From Gammaproteobacteria bacterium (GTDB lineage: Bacteria > Pseudomonadota > Gammaproteobacteria > CBDBNL01 > JAAOII01), in the NCBI GenBank assembly GCA_965209035.1, contig OZ242372.1, positions 320,001 to 384,000 of the forward strand: 64,000 nucleotides of DNA. The letters are read 5' to 3'. Below are positions 18,695 through 28,580 of the stretch, one piece after another. Made by a program: the position numbers and the translations under genes. The notes below the pieces were generated by a model. That model worked only from the letters and a program-made list of their open reading frames with translations. It did not search any database and was not told where the DNA came from. Position 1 is the first letter of the stretch; the number at the start of each line of letters is the position of its first letter.

Positions 18695-20992
18695 CTATAA
18701 TTTTTGGAAATTGGTATAGCGTAAAATCAACCACATTTTTCCTTCCGTTTCAAAATCCACTTCCACACGCGCACCTTCCCCCCGTCCTTCCGTGTCAGTC
18801 ACCACTCCGTAGCCATAAGAAGGATGGAGCACTCCCTGTCCTTTTTTCATCTTGGGCGCGGAATAGCGAAGTGCCCAATTAGGTGCCCCTTGCTTGTTGC
18901 TTTGGGCTTCGAAGGCAGGGGAGGCATCGGAAGCATCGGGGGCATCAGAGGCATCATGATCATTGTGGTCATCAGAAGCGTCCGAATGATCGGAGTTATC
19001 TTCTCGTTCTTTTTTTTCCTCTTCCTCTTGCCCGGATAGCCCGACATTCTCCAACAGTTCTTCCGGGATCTCTTCCACAAAGCGGGAGACGGCCTGCTCG
19101 GAACCATAGCCGTTAGAGCGCAGGACATAAGAGATCATATGCAGCCGCCGACAGGCACGGGTAATTCCCACATAACACAACCGCCTCTCCTCTTCCAGAT
19201 TTTCCGATTTGAAAAGAGAATTCTCGTGCGGCAACAACCCTTCGTTCATTCCCACCATAAAGACCAAAGGAAACTCCAAACCTTTCGCCGAATGCAGCGT
19301 CATCAACTGCACCGCATCCTGTGCTTTTGTCTCTTCTCTTTCCCCGCCGGCTTCCAACGCGGCCGTATTAAGAAATGCCGACATCCCCGCCACCCCTCCT
19401 ATTGGGATACCGGAAGCCGCATTCACCAGTTCCCGCAGATTTTCCTTGCGGGCTTCGCCATCTTTTTCGTCTTCCAAGTTTTCGTAGTAATGTGCCAACC
19501 CGCTTTGTTTAATCACTTGTAAAACGGTTTCCGGCAGGGTCAGCCGCGCAATCTCTTCCCGCATCTTCTCGAGCAATGTCAAAAACTGTTGCAACGGCAC
19601 GGCGGCGCGCGCCGGCAAGATGTTCTCGGCAAGCAACTGCTCCGCCGCAACCGGGTAAGACAGAGAATGCGACTCCGCACGGGAAGTGATTTTTGCCAAA
19701 GTGGCTGCGCCAATGCCTCGCCTTGGAACATTAATAGCACGCACAAATGCCACACCATCCAACGGGTTAACGATGAGCCGCATATAAGCAAGGGCATCTT
19801 TAATTTCCGTTCTTTCATAAAAGCGCAAGCCGCCGTATATGCGGTATGGCAAATTGGCACGCACAAAAACACTTTCAAGGACGCGAGATTGGGCGTTGGT
19901 TCTGTAAAGGACGGCACAATCGCTCGGCTTGCCGCCGCTATCCGTATGCTCCCGGACGGTGTCCGCCACATAAAATGCTTCCGCCGTGTCGGTTTGCGCC
20001 CGGTAAAACTTGACGGGCGTCTTGTCCCGGTCGCTTGTCCAGAGTTTTTTACCCAGCCGGTCGGCGTTGTGTTCTATTAAGTGGTTCGCCGCTTCAAGGA
20101 TCGGCGAGGTGGAACGGTAATTCTGCTCCAAGCGAAAGACACGCACATCCTTGAATAACTTATTAAAACGAAGGATGTTGCCGATGTCCGCACCGCGCCA
20201 ACCATAGATGGATTGATCCTCATCGCCAACCGCCATCACATAATTCGGTCGTTTGGGATCCGGCGAATCCTGTAATAGCCGAATGAGACCAATCTGCATT
20301 TGATTGGTATCTTGAAACTCGTCCACCAGAATACACCGAAACTGACGACGGTAATGTGCGAGGATATCCGGCTTGTTCTTCAGAAGTTCATAAAGCCGCA
20401 ATAGAAGTTCGGAAAAATCCACCATACTCTCCGCCGCTGCGGTTTTCTCGTACAGTTTATAGGCCTCCAGCATCATCTCTTGCGTGTAGTGATTGCCGAT
20501 CACAACATCCCGGCTGCGCAGTCCTTCCTCCTTCCAGCCGGAGATTTTGTTTCGCAATTCATTCGGACTCAACTTGCCCATGCCTTGGGATACCGAACCC
20601 GCCTGTTTGAGAATACGCCGAATGAATGTCAGTTGATCTCCGCTATCTGATATGGAAAAGTTTTTTTCCAAGCCCGCCTCTTCCCAATGTCTGTGCAGGA
20701 TGCGGTTCGCCATGGAATGAAAGGTATTGCACCACAGCCCGACCGGCGAGCGTTTCAATATCACGCTGATGCGGGCACGCATCTCCTTTGCCGCTTTATT
20801 GGTAAAGGTCACTGACAAAACGGAATCCGGTATGAACCCTTCTTCCGTCAAAAGCCAGGCAAACCGATGCACCAGGACGCGCGTCTTACCGCTACCCGCC
20901 CCCGCAAGAACCAACGCATTGCAAAGAGGGGCGGAAACCGCCGCACGCTGCTGTTCGTTCAAGCCTTTAAGAATAGCAGAATCTTGCATCAT
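18695..20992 (-). CDS. uvrD: UvrD/PcrA/Rep superfamily 1A DNA helicase
   Basis: LAGAGSGKT, TFTNKAA, VDEFQDTN, LEQNYRS, TLHSAKGLEF, EERRLCYVG and C-terminal Tudor-like HP.YG.G. Start is ATG 20992. Confidence 0.95.
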   Translation of the reverse strand: MMQDSAILKGLNEQQRAAVSAPLCNALVLAGAGSGKTRVLVHRFAWLLTEEGFIPDSVLSVTFTNKAAKEMRARISVILKRSPVGLWCNTFHSMANRILHRHWEEAGLEKNFSISDSGDQLTFIRRILKQAGSVSQGMGKLSPNELRNKISGWKEEGLRSRDVVIGNHYTQEMMLEAYKLYEKTAAAESMVDFSELLLRLYELLKNKPDILAHYRRQFRCILVDEFQDTNQMQIGLIRLLQDSPDPKRPNYVMAVGDEDQSIYGWRGADIGNILRFNKLFKDVRVFRLEQNYRSTSPILEAANHLIEHNADRLGKKLWTSDRDKTPVKFYRAQTDTAEAFYVADTVREHTDSGGKPSDCAVLYRTNAQSRVLESVFVRANLPYRIYGGLRFYERTEIKDALAYMRLIVNPLDGVAFVRAINVPRRGIGAATLAKITSRAESHSLSYPVAAEQLLAENILPARAAVPLQQFLTLLEKMREEIARLTLPETVLQVIKQSGLAHYYENLEDEKDGEARKENLRELVNAASGIPIGGVAGMSAFLNTAALEAGGEREETKAQDAVQLMTLHSAKGLEFPLVFMVGMNEGLLPHENSLFKSENLEEERRLCYVGITRACRRLHMISYVLRSNGYGSEQAVSRFVEEIPEELLENVGLSGQEEEEKKEREDNSDHSDASDDHNDHDASDAPDASDASPAFEAQSNKQGAPNWALRYSAPKMKKGQGVLHPSYGYGVVTDTEGRGEGARVEVDFETEGKMWLILRYTNFQKL

Positions 20993-21460
20993 TTTTGAAA
21001 GAGGATCTTTGCCACTCCCGCAAGAACCAACGCATTGCAAAGAGGGGCGGAAACCGCCGCGCGCTGCTGTTCGTTCAAGCCTTTAAGTATAACAGAATCT
21101 TGCATCATTTTTGAAAGAGGATCTTTGCCACTACCGCAAGAACCAACGCATTGCAAAGAGGGGCGGAAACCGCCGCGCGTTGCTGTTCGTTCAAGCCTTT
21201 AAGGATAGCAGAATCTTGCATCATTTTTGAAAGAGGATCTTTGCCACTCCCGCAAGAACCAACGCATTGCAAAGAGGGACGGAAACCGCCGCGCGTTGCT
21301 GTTCGTTCAAGCCTTTAAGCATAGCAGAATCTTGCATCATTTTTTAAAGAGGATCTTTGCCACTCCCGCAAGAACCAACGCATTGCAAAGAGGGGCGGAA
21401 ACCGCCGCACGCTGCTGTTCGTTCAAGCCTTTAAGCATAGCAGAATCTTGCATCATTTTT
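20899..21460 (-). repeat. 5 x 116-bp tandem repeat of the uvrD start region
   Basis: ATGATG starts at 20992, 21108, 21224, 21340 and 21456; copies differ by substitutions. Confidence 0.95.
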
Positions 21461-21717
21461 TAAATAACATTTAAAAGAATCCTTAAAAGAATCTCGGAAA
21501 GAGTTTTATAAAGATACTCTTTATCGCCACGCCCGGATACATGTCCGAACCCAAGCCCCTGCCCACACTATGTCCAAGACCCGGCTCACGCCATGCCCAT
21601 GCCTATGCCCATACACGCCCGACATCTTAACTTGCCTGTCGCCGGCATTCTCTCCACACGCCGGCGGTGTGTTTATGATTGCCGGGGTTTCCATCACAGT
21701 TGCCATTACAGTTGCCA

Positions 21718-22443
21718 TTACAATTTATAGCCCTCGCCCAGATAGGTGCGGCGCACTTGTTCGTTGTTGACAATACTTTGTGCGTCGCCTTGCGCGATAA
21801 TACGCCCTTCGCCGATGACATAGTTTTCGTCACAAAGCCCCAGCACATCCCGAACATTATGATCATTAATGAGAACCCCGATTCCCAACTTGGTTAAATT
21901 CATCGTCAGCCGCTTGATCTCATCCACAGAGATCGGGTCCACACCGGCAAAAGGCTCATCCAAAAGTGCGAACTTCGGCTTGGTGGCAAGAAGACGAGCA
22001 ATTTCGGTTCGGCGCCGCTCCCCGCCGGAAAGCAGTCTGCCCTTGCCATGGCGAATCCTTTCCAACGAGAACTCCGCCAACAAGCGTTCGGTCTCTTCTT
22101 TCTGTGAGTGCGCATCCAGATCCGCCCGAAATTCCAAGGCGGCGCTAATGTTCTCTTCTACCGTCAGGTCGCGAAAAACGGAGTTCCCCTGCGGCAAGTA
22201 CCCCAAACCCAGCCGCCCGCGTTTGTTCATCGGCATTCGGGTGATGTCCCGTTCGTCCATCAGAATGCTGCCGCCGTCCGCCCGGATCAAACCAATCAAA
22301 ATATAAAAGAGAGTGGTCTTGCCGGAACCGTTGGGTCCCAAAAGTCCTACTAATTTGCCGGTATCCACTCGCAAACTAATCCCCCGCAAGATTTCTTTTT
22401 TACCGTAACTTTTTACGATGTCCCGAACCAAAAGAGAACTCAT
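21718..22443 (-). CDS. lptB: LPS export ABC ATPase LptB
   Basis: GPNGSGKTT, GYLPQ, LSGGERRR.EIAR, LLDEPFAGVDP and YLGE. Confidence 0.96.
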   Translation of the reverse strand: MSSLLVRDIVKSYGKKEILRGISLRVDTGKLVGLLGPNGSGKTTLFYILIGLIRADGGSILMDERDITRMPMNKRGRLGLGYLPQGNSVFRDLTVEENISAALEFRADLDAHSQKEETERLLAEFSLERIRHGKGRLLSGGERRRTEIARLLATKPKFALLDEPFAGVDPISVDEIKRLTMNLTKLGIGVLINDHNVRDVLGLCDENYVIGEGRIIAQGDAQSIVNNEQVRRTYLGEGYKL

Positions 22444-23939
22444 CTGTCCCGCTGTTGCGACTCCTTGGGAATTAAAATGTGCACGCGCGTGTCTTTTGGT
22501 GTTTGGTCGCTTTCCGCCGCAGCCGGGTCTTTCGCATCCCCCGTCTCGCCCGTCCCTCCCGACAACCGAAAAGTATCTTCTTTGATATCGTAAAACAATG
22601 TTTCGCCGGTTGCTTGCTTGCCGTCTTGATCCAAAAAAGCATTGCCGGATAATTGTAAGGTCTGCTCGACAACATCATAAAAAATACTATCCGCTCTCGC
22701 CAAGAGTTGCTTGTCCGGGGTGTCCGGAGTGCCCGGTTTGCCCGGCTGTTCATTCAACACAAAAGCGGGCGAACCCGACGAACCCAACAGTAGAATCTTG
22801 TTGTTGTCTTCAATATGCATCTGCCGGCCCTCCCCGCTCAATTTTGTTTCGGTATTTCCCGCTCCTTCGCCGGCACTTATTGAGGTGAATCTTAGAGGTG
22901 TGCCAAAGACTTGCATTTCTTCGCGATTGCCGGGGTTGCCGGCTGCCCCGTCACCGCCAACCGGGGCAGAAGCAGTGTGTAAAACATAATGCAGGTCTGT
23001 CCCGGTGCCGCTGATGGTTGTCGCACCCGGATAGATGTATGTAACCGGATTGCCCGAGGCGTGAAATACACGGATGCCGGTTTCATCACTCCATTTCGTT
23101 GTCAAAGTATCGCCTTGCACCTGCATACCATCTTGCTTCAAAGTAAAAGAGTTGGTGAAGTTTGCCTGCCCCTCATAAGGACGCACCTCACTTTCCCCTG
23201 CGGTGATGCTCCCGCCATTTTGCAAGTCTGTCCCGGTGCCGCTGATGGTTGTGGTTGCCGCACCCGGGTAGATGTATGTGACCGGATTGCCCGAGGCGTG
23301 AAACACATGGATGCCGGTTGCATCACTCCATTTCGTTGTCAAAGTATCGCCTTGCACCTGCATACCATCTTGCTTCAAAGTAAAAGAGTTGGTGAAGTTT
23401 GCCTGCCCCTCATAAGGACGCACCTCACTTTCCCCTGCGACGATACTCCCGCCGGTTACCAAATTTTGCAGAACCACTGTGTCTTTAAGGAATATTCGGT
23501 TTGCCGAACCGCTCATTTGCTCCGCTGCCAAACGCACCCAAGCGTCCGGCTTCTGCCCGAGGACTTCTGCAAATATGTTCCCGGTGCCTACCGATAATTT
23601 CGGCAGGGTTTCGGCACTTGTCGTCAATGAAACAGATGAGACAGATGAGGCATTCGCATTGGCACCCTTAAATAAAAATAATTCCGGTGTTCGGGCTTCC
23701 AGTTGGCCGGAAGGAGAAACCGTCCCCTCCGCAAAGGTTAATCGGTAAAAAGGAGTTCCGTTGCGGAAATGGGTTTGTGTGGCATCTCGCAAAAAAAGAA
23801 ACGACCCGGTATCCGCGGTTTCCGGTCTCGCCGGCAAAAGAAAATCGTCTTTTACAAGATTCAAACTTCCCCAAACAGCAACCACCAAAAGAATCGGCAT
23901 GAAGTTGGCAAGGAGATAGCGGAAAAAGTTTTTCATCAT
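22440..23939 (-). CDS. LptC-LptA-like fusion (OstA beta-jellyroll) with an internal 79-aa duplication
   Basis: N-terminal TM helix (LptC-like); C-terminal A..I.YD....L.L.GNA.L.Q....GE...Y...RVHILIP (LptA-like); ATGA-coupled to lptB. Confidence 0.75.
   Translation of the reverse strand: MMKNFFRYLLANFMPILLVVAVWGSLNLVKDDFLLPARPETADTGSFLFLRDATQTHFRNGTPFYRLTFAEGTVSPSGQLEARTPELFLFKGANANASSVSSVSLTTSAETLPKLSVGTGNIFAEVLGQKPDAWVRLAAEQMSGSANRIFLKDTVVLQNLVTGGSIVAGESEVRPYEGQANFTNSFTLKQDGMQVQGDTLTTKWSDATGIHVFHASGNPVTYIYPGAATTTISGTGTDLQNGGSITAGESEVRPYEGQANFTNSFTLKQDGMQVQGDTLTTKWSDETGIRVFHASGNPVTYIYPGATTISGTGTDLHYVLHTASAPVGGDGAAGNPGNREEMQVFGTPLRFTSISAGEGAGNTETKLSGEGRQMHIEDNNKILLLGSSGSPAFVLNEQPGKPGTPDTPDKQLLARADSIFYDVVEQTLQLSGNAFLDQDGKQATGETLFYDIKEDTFRLSGGTGETGDAKDPAAAESDQTPKDTRVHILIPKESQQRDR
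22990..23455 (-). repeat. 237-bp near-identical in-frame tandem duplication
   Basis: AAAGTATCGCCTTGCACCTG at 23104 and 23341. Confidence 0.95.
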
Positions 23940-24046
23940 TAATAGTAATTGCGGGCTTACTGAGGGCTTACTGCGGTTCGGTTTCGGTTGGGTTCTATTG
24001 GCTGGGGTCGGCTTCTATTGGCTGAGGTATTAACTGAGGTCGGGTA

Positions 24047-25927
24047 TCAATCATTATAGCCGTTGGTAATCGGATACCGCCGGTCGCGCCCGTAAGAACG
24101 CAAACTGATGCGCGTTCCCACCGCCGCCTGAAATCTTTTGTGTTCGGCAAAACGAACCATTCGGATCACCCTGCGGACTGTGTCTTTGTCATAACCGCAG
24201 GCGAGAATCTCCTTATCCGCTAAACCCTCTTCCAGATGTTTCCGCAGAATGCCATCCAAAATATCATAGGGCGGAAGTTGGTCGCTGTCCTTCTGCCCGC
24301 CGTATAATTCGGCGGAAGGTTCCCGGTCAATGACAAAGTTAGGAATGACCTTGCCGATTGCATTACGAAACCTCGCCAGCGCATACACATCGGTCTTAAA
24401 GACATCTATTAAAGGACAGAACCCGCCCGCCATATCTCCGTAAAGCGTGGAATAGCCAACCGCAAACTCGCTCTTATTACCGGTTGCCAATAGCAAGGCA
24501 TCTTCCCGGTTTGCCCAGGTCATTAACATCAGGGCGCGACTGCGTGCCTGGATGTTTTGCAAGGTCGTTCCGCTGTCGGTCTCATCCTTCAAAAACTCCG
24601 ACATCGTCCCGCGCAAGGCCTCGGTCACAGAGCCTATGGGAAACTCCCGGGACTCCGCTCCCAAAAGTGCAACCTGCTCTTGGGCGTAACGCAAACTCTC
24701 CGATGAGGTATATTGACTCGGCAAAAGAAGAGCCGTCACCTTGTCCGCCCCCAGAGCATCCGCGGCAATACACAATGTCAAAGCCGAATCTATGCCGCCG
24801 GAAAGCCCCAGCACCGCTCGCTTAAATTTGTTCTTGCGATGGTAATCCGCCAGCCCCAGCGTAAGGGCATCGTAAACCTCCGCCAGATCGGCAGACCCTG
24901 TCTCGTCCGTTTTCGGTACTTTTTTAATGTGATCTTTCGCGGAACCTGTGCTCGGCTTGGGGTCGCCTGTTTTATCCAAGTCGGTTACCAAAAGACCCTC
25001 CTGCATACCCAAGGCAAACAAAGAAGATACCACCTTTCCGTTTTTGTCGCAAACAAAAGAGTTGCCGTCAAAAACAAGACCGTCCTGCCCGCCACAGGCG
25101 TTGATATACGAAACGGGTAATCCAAATTCTTTGGCTCTTTCTTGCACCAATCTGTGCCGAGTAGCCAACTGCCCTCTGTGATAGGGAGAAGCATTAATGG
25201 TGATCACATGCTGGGCCCCGGCTGCCCGGCAGGCTGCCATAGGTTCGGGCCGCCATAGATCTTCACAAATCAGAAGTCCGAAGCAAATTCCATCCAAAAC
25301 AAAGACCGCAGATTCCGTGCCCGGAATGAAATAGCGTTTTTCGTCAAACACCGAGTAGTTCGGCAAGGTTTGTTTCGCATAAGCGGCGAGTCTGCGCTCG
25401 CCGAAAAAAACATCCGCCTGATTTGTGGCAATCGGCGCGGTGCAGGTTCCGGCGGCTTCTCGCCAATCTTGTTCTGTTTGTTCTGTTTGTTTTGTTTGGT
25501 GTTCAGGTTGCTCCGATTGCCCTGCTTGTTTTGCTGGTTTTGTTTGTTCTGTTTGTTCTGTTTGTTCTGTTTGTTCTGTTTGCCTCGGTTGCCCTGCTTG
25601 TTTTGTTTGGTGTTCGGGTTGCTTTGTTTGTTTTGTTTGGTGTTCAGGTTGCTTTGCTTGATGCCCCGGAAAACCCGGATACCCGATGACAACCGCCAGG
25701 TCGGGCAGCTGTCGAATCAGCCTGTCCCGCACAAGTTGACAGTCTGTGATGAATTGTTTGTCCAGCCAGAGATCCTGTGCCGGATAACCGCACAGGCTCA
25801 TTTCCGGCAGCACCAGCAGATCGGCACGATGTTCGTCCTTTGCTTTGTGAGCCAACTCCAAGATGCGGTTGGCATTGTCATTTAAAGCACCAACCGTTGC
25901 ATTGAACTGCCCCAAGGCTATGCGCAT
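24047..25927 (-). CDS. nadE: Glutamine-dependent NAD+ synthetase with a Gln-rich insertion
   Basis: Nitrilase-type domain (PEM, FDEKRYF, ICEDLW) plus GLSGGIDS, NIQAR.R, TGNKSE and GYSTLYGD. Confidence 0.96.
   Translation of the reverse strand: MRIALGQFNATVGALNDNANRILELAHKAKDEHRADLLVLPEMSLCGYPAQDLWLDKQFITDCQLVRDRLIRQLPDLAVVIGYPGFPGHQAKQPEHQTKQTKQPEHQTKQAGQPRQTEQTEQTEQTEQTKPAKQAGQSEQPEHQTKQTEQTEQDWREAAGTCTAPIATNQADVFFGERRLAAYAKQTLPNYSVFDEKRYFIPGTESAVFVLDGICFGLLICEDLWRPEPMAACRAAGAQHVITINASPYHRGQLATRHRLVQERAKEFGLPVSYINACGGQDGLVFDGNSFVCDKNGKVVSSLFALGMQEGLLVTDLDKTGDPKPSTGSAKDHIKKVPKTDETGSADLAEVYDALTLGLADYHRKNKFKRAVLGLSGGIDSALTLCIAADALGADKVTALLLPSQYTSSESLRYAQEQVALLGAESREFPIGSVTEALRGTMSEFLKDETDSGTTLQNIQARSRALMLMTWANREDALLLATGNKSEFAVGYSTLYGDMAGGFCPLIDVFKTDVYALARFRNAIGKVIPNFVIDREPSAELYGGQKDSDQLPPYDILDGILRKHLEEGLADKEILACGYDKDTVRRVIRMVRFAEHKRFQAAVGTRISLRSYGRDRRYPITNGYND
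25468..25660 (-). repeat. 9-bp-based coding repeats (QTE/QTK/QPEH) inside nadE
   Basis: Repeated TTGTTCTGT/TTGTTTTGT units, in frame. Confidence 0.9.
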
Positions 25928-26025
25928 CGGTAAAGGGCCTTTATTAGGACCGGGTGATCAGGAATATAATGATGAGTAAAAAATCTTTGGCTTATTTTTG
26001 TGCCAACTCGTTCGGAAATACCAAA

Positions 26026-26583
26026 TTAACGCCAGCCGCCGCCAATCGTCACACGCCACTCATCAATCGCATAGGATGTGCCGATATAAAAACCGCGCAG
26101 CAAAAACCCAACTCCCAGATCCAGACTGTTTTTGCCGCCAAGGTTTCTTTCCGGGGATACATAACGAAATCCATCCTCGTTAAGACTCTCTTGATATTCT
26201 CGAGAAGTGTCCTCATAGTAGGCATAACCGAACTGCACACTAAAAAACGAACGCTCACCAATCGGAAGCGCATAGGCAGGACCTAGTGCCAGATAGTTAC
26301 GCTCCGTATACTCCCGGATAGGTGCCTCTAGCAAATTTGCTGCAAAAACGAGCTCTTCACTATTTCTCCCGCGCGGTTGCCGTCCGGATACGCGACCCGA
26401 CCCCAACGCAACATAACCGCCCCAGCCGTCACCACCATGCCCTTGAAACTGCAAGCCCTGAACTTCAGAATCCGGCGCGCGAAAGTAACCGACAGACCAA
26501 GCAAATCCTTCCGCCCTTGCTTCGGTCGCAATGAGTGAACTCAGAGAAGTAAGGACAAGGATTCCAAAAAAGAATTTTTTCAT
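26026..26583 (-). CDS. Probable small outer-membrane beta-barrel protein
   Basis: MKK signal peptide ending in ARA; alternating aromatic/Gly beta strands; C-terminal VTIGGGWR. Confidence 0.6.
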   Translation of the reverse strand: MKKFFFGILVLTSLSSLIATEARAEGFAWSVGYFRAPDSEVQGLQFQGHGGDGWGGYVALGSGRVSGRQPRGRNSEELVFAANLLEAPIREYTERNYLALGPAYALPIGERSFFSVQFGYAYYEDTSREYQESLNEDGFRYVSPERNLGGKNSLDLGVGFLLRGFYIGTSYAIDEWRVTIGGGWR

Positions 26584-26721
26584 AATCAAATATTTAAAGT
26601 AGTAAAAAAACAAAGTTGTTAACTCTATTTTATTGACAAACCTTCCTCTCGCAACCGATTTTAAGAAAGGTTTGGAAAGCAAACCAAAAAATACGGCCGG
26701 TCTTCGTCTTCCCCTTCACCA

Positions 26722-26790
26722 CTAATCGGCAACACGAAAACCACTCGCCAAAAGTAACCGGGCCATCAACAGACAGACAATATGATGCAA
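26722..26790 (-). repeat. Degenerate copy of the rhomboid gene 3' end (direct repeat of 29463-29543)
   Basis: CACGAAAACCrCTCGCCArAAGTAACCG and an identical ACAATATGATGCAA occur at both sites. Confidence 0.85.
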
Positions 26791-26856
26791 CCAGCATTAA
26801 GTTAGACCTTCGGGGTCCTTGTGTATAATATCGATAAATTCATTTGAAACGATACT

Positions 26857-28545
26857 ATGACAAGCATTTACACACCAGAACCATTATCTGTAGAAGCGGT
26901 ATTTCAAGATACTGGGAACTTTTATGAGGTTCCTATTTATCAACGCCCATATAGTTGGGGCGAAGAAGAAGTCAATGAATTATGGGATGACTTGTCTCAA
27001 GCCAGTGATTCATCCGCGGAGGAATACTTCTTGGGTTCGCTCATAGTGGTGCGAAATAATAAGGATGATCCTTATCAAGTAATAGACGGTCAGCAAAGGC
27101 TTGTTACCCTCACCCTACTATTTTGTGCTATTCGAGATTTCAGTGATATAAAAGAAGATGGCTTATTAGAAGACATTAGGGACTGTATTAAGAAAAGGGC
27201 CAAGGAACGCGTTATATTACATTCAAGAAGTGATGAGCACATAAAATTCAATGAGGTTTTACAGGGGCTTGACCGGGATAAACTAAAAGAATACAGAAAA
27301 GGGAATAATCTCTTTTTTGATAATGTTCGTATCTTTTGTGAAAAAATAGATAAATTAAAAGAAGACGGAGGGGAAGAAGCACTGCAAAAATTTATAGATT
27401 ATGTTTTCACGCAAGTAACCTTTATACGCATAACTTGCTCGGATCTGGCATCATCCATCCGATTATTCAGAACCATAAACGCACGCGGTTTGGACTTAAC
27501 TCCTGCAGATCTGGTTCGCAGTTTTTTGATGGGGTTACCGGATGTCGAAAGGCATCACCACGCATTGGATAGCACATGGAAAGAAATAGAAGAAGAGGCA
27601 AAACGGATGGGGAAGCATAATATAGTGAATGTTTTAACTTATTACGCATATTTTAAAAGACCAGATACCACACGGAAAGAATTGTACGAGGAAATAGCAA
27701 AACATTGCAAGGATCTGCGGGGGGATCAAGTGTTGGTGTTTCTAAGCGATATTCAAAAATTTTGGCATGGTTATGAAAAAGCGTATACCCAAAGTAACAG
27801 CATACCTCGGCAAATCATTGACTCACTGACCTGGTTACCCCATAATCCCTACTGGCGAACTCTTCTATGCACAGTTGTTTATCAAGGTTGGACGGGAGAA
27901 GATATCTTAAAGATGCTAAGGGAAATACAGAAATTTTTTTATATGTTCTGGATTGCCGGATACACGAGCGGGACAATTAAAGGCTATTCACATGCAGCTG
28001 TAAGAAAAATTAAAGAGGGAGATGATCTCTCTTCATTAAAACAATTTTTCCAAGAAAAAATAGAAGAAAAAAATGTTATTCAGCGTTGTCAAGAAGCCTT
28101 AGGGGATAATGTCTATGGGAAAAGATGGCTTAAACCTCTTTTTGGCATTTTGGATCAGCAATTGGTAGAGCCGGATTCTTCCAAAAAAATAGAACTAATT
28201 CCCGATGATGCATGGGTAGAGCATATTCTCTCTCAAACACCAGGAGCAAACAATCCCTTTGAAGGGGGGCAAGAAGGATGGGATAAAGTGATGCATAAAC
28301 TGCCCAATCTAACTCCCCTATCGGGCAAGAAAAACATAAGGGCGAGCAGCCGGGATTACTCTGAAAAAATAAAAATCTACTCAGGAGAATCGGATGGTAA
28401 AGTAACCCCATGGAGATTAACAGAAAAAGTCGCTGCGGACTACGACAAATGGACCAAAGCAGAGTTTAATGACAGAGCCGAAAAACTTGCGAAAAGTATC
28501 AACGAGGTTTTTGACGAACCGATCTACAAACCGGAACCGAATTAA
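26857..28545 (+). CDS. GmrSD-like (DUF262 + DUF1524) type IV restriction protein
   Basis: VPIYQRPYSW, IDGQQRL, F.TINARG..L and C-terminal VEHI...NLT.L...N. Confidence 0.9.
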   Translation: MTSIYTPEPLSVEAVFQDTGNFYEVPIYQRPYSWGEEEVNELWDDLSQASDSSAEEYFLGSLIVVRNNKDDPYQVIDGQQRLVTLTLLFCAIRDFSDIKEDGLLEDIRDCIKKRAKERVILHSRSDEHIKFNEVLQGLDRDKLKEYRKGNNLFFDNVRIFCEKIDKLKEDGGEEALQKFIDYVFTQVTFIRITCSDLASSIRLFRTINARGLDLTPADLVRSFLMGLPDVERHHHALDSTWKEIEEEAKRMGKHNIVNVLTYYAYFKRPDTTRKELYEEIAKHCKDLRGDQVLVFLSDIQKFWHGYEKAYTQSNSIPRQIIDSLTWLPHNPYWRTLLCTVVYQGWTGEDILKMLREIQKFFYMFWIAGYTSGTIKGYSHAAVRKIKEGDDLSSLKQFFQEKIEEKNVIQRCQEALGDNVYGKRWLKPLFGILDQQLVEPDSSKKIELIPDDAWVEHILSQTPGANNPFEGGQEGWDKVMHKLPNLTPLSGKKNIRASSRDYSEKIKIYSGESDGKVTPWRLTEKVAADYDKWTKAEFNDRAEKLAKSINEVFDEPIYKPEPN

Positions 28546-28580
28546 ACTCTTTCTTTAAATCACCCAGCCCGATTTGAACT

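Noticed and set aside
21521-21718. 65-aa ORF coupled to the lptB stop (TAATG)
   Set aside because: Built from 12-bp and 6-bp stutters, with no recognisable family, and not coupled to the uvrD relay.
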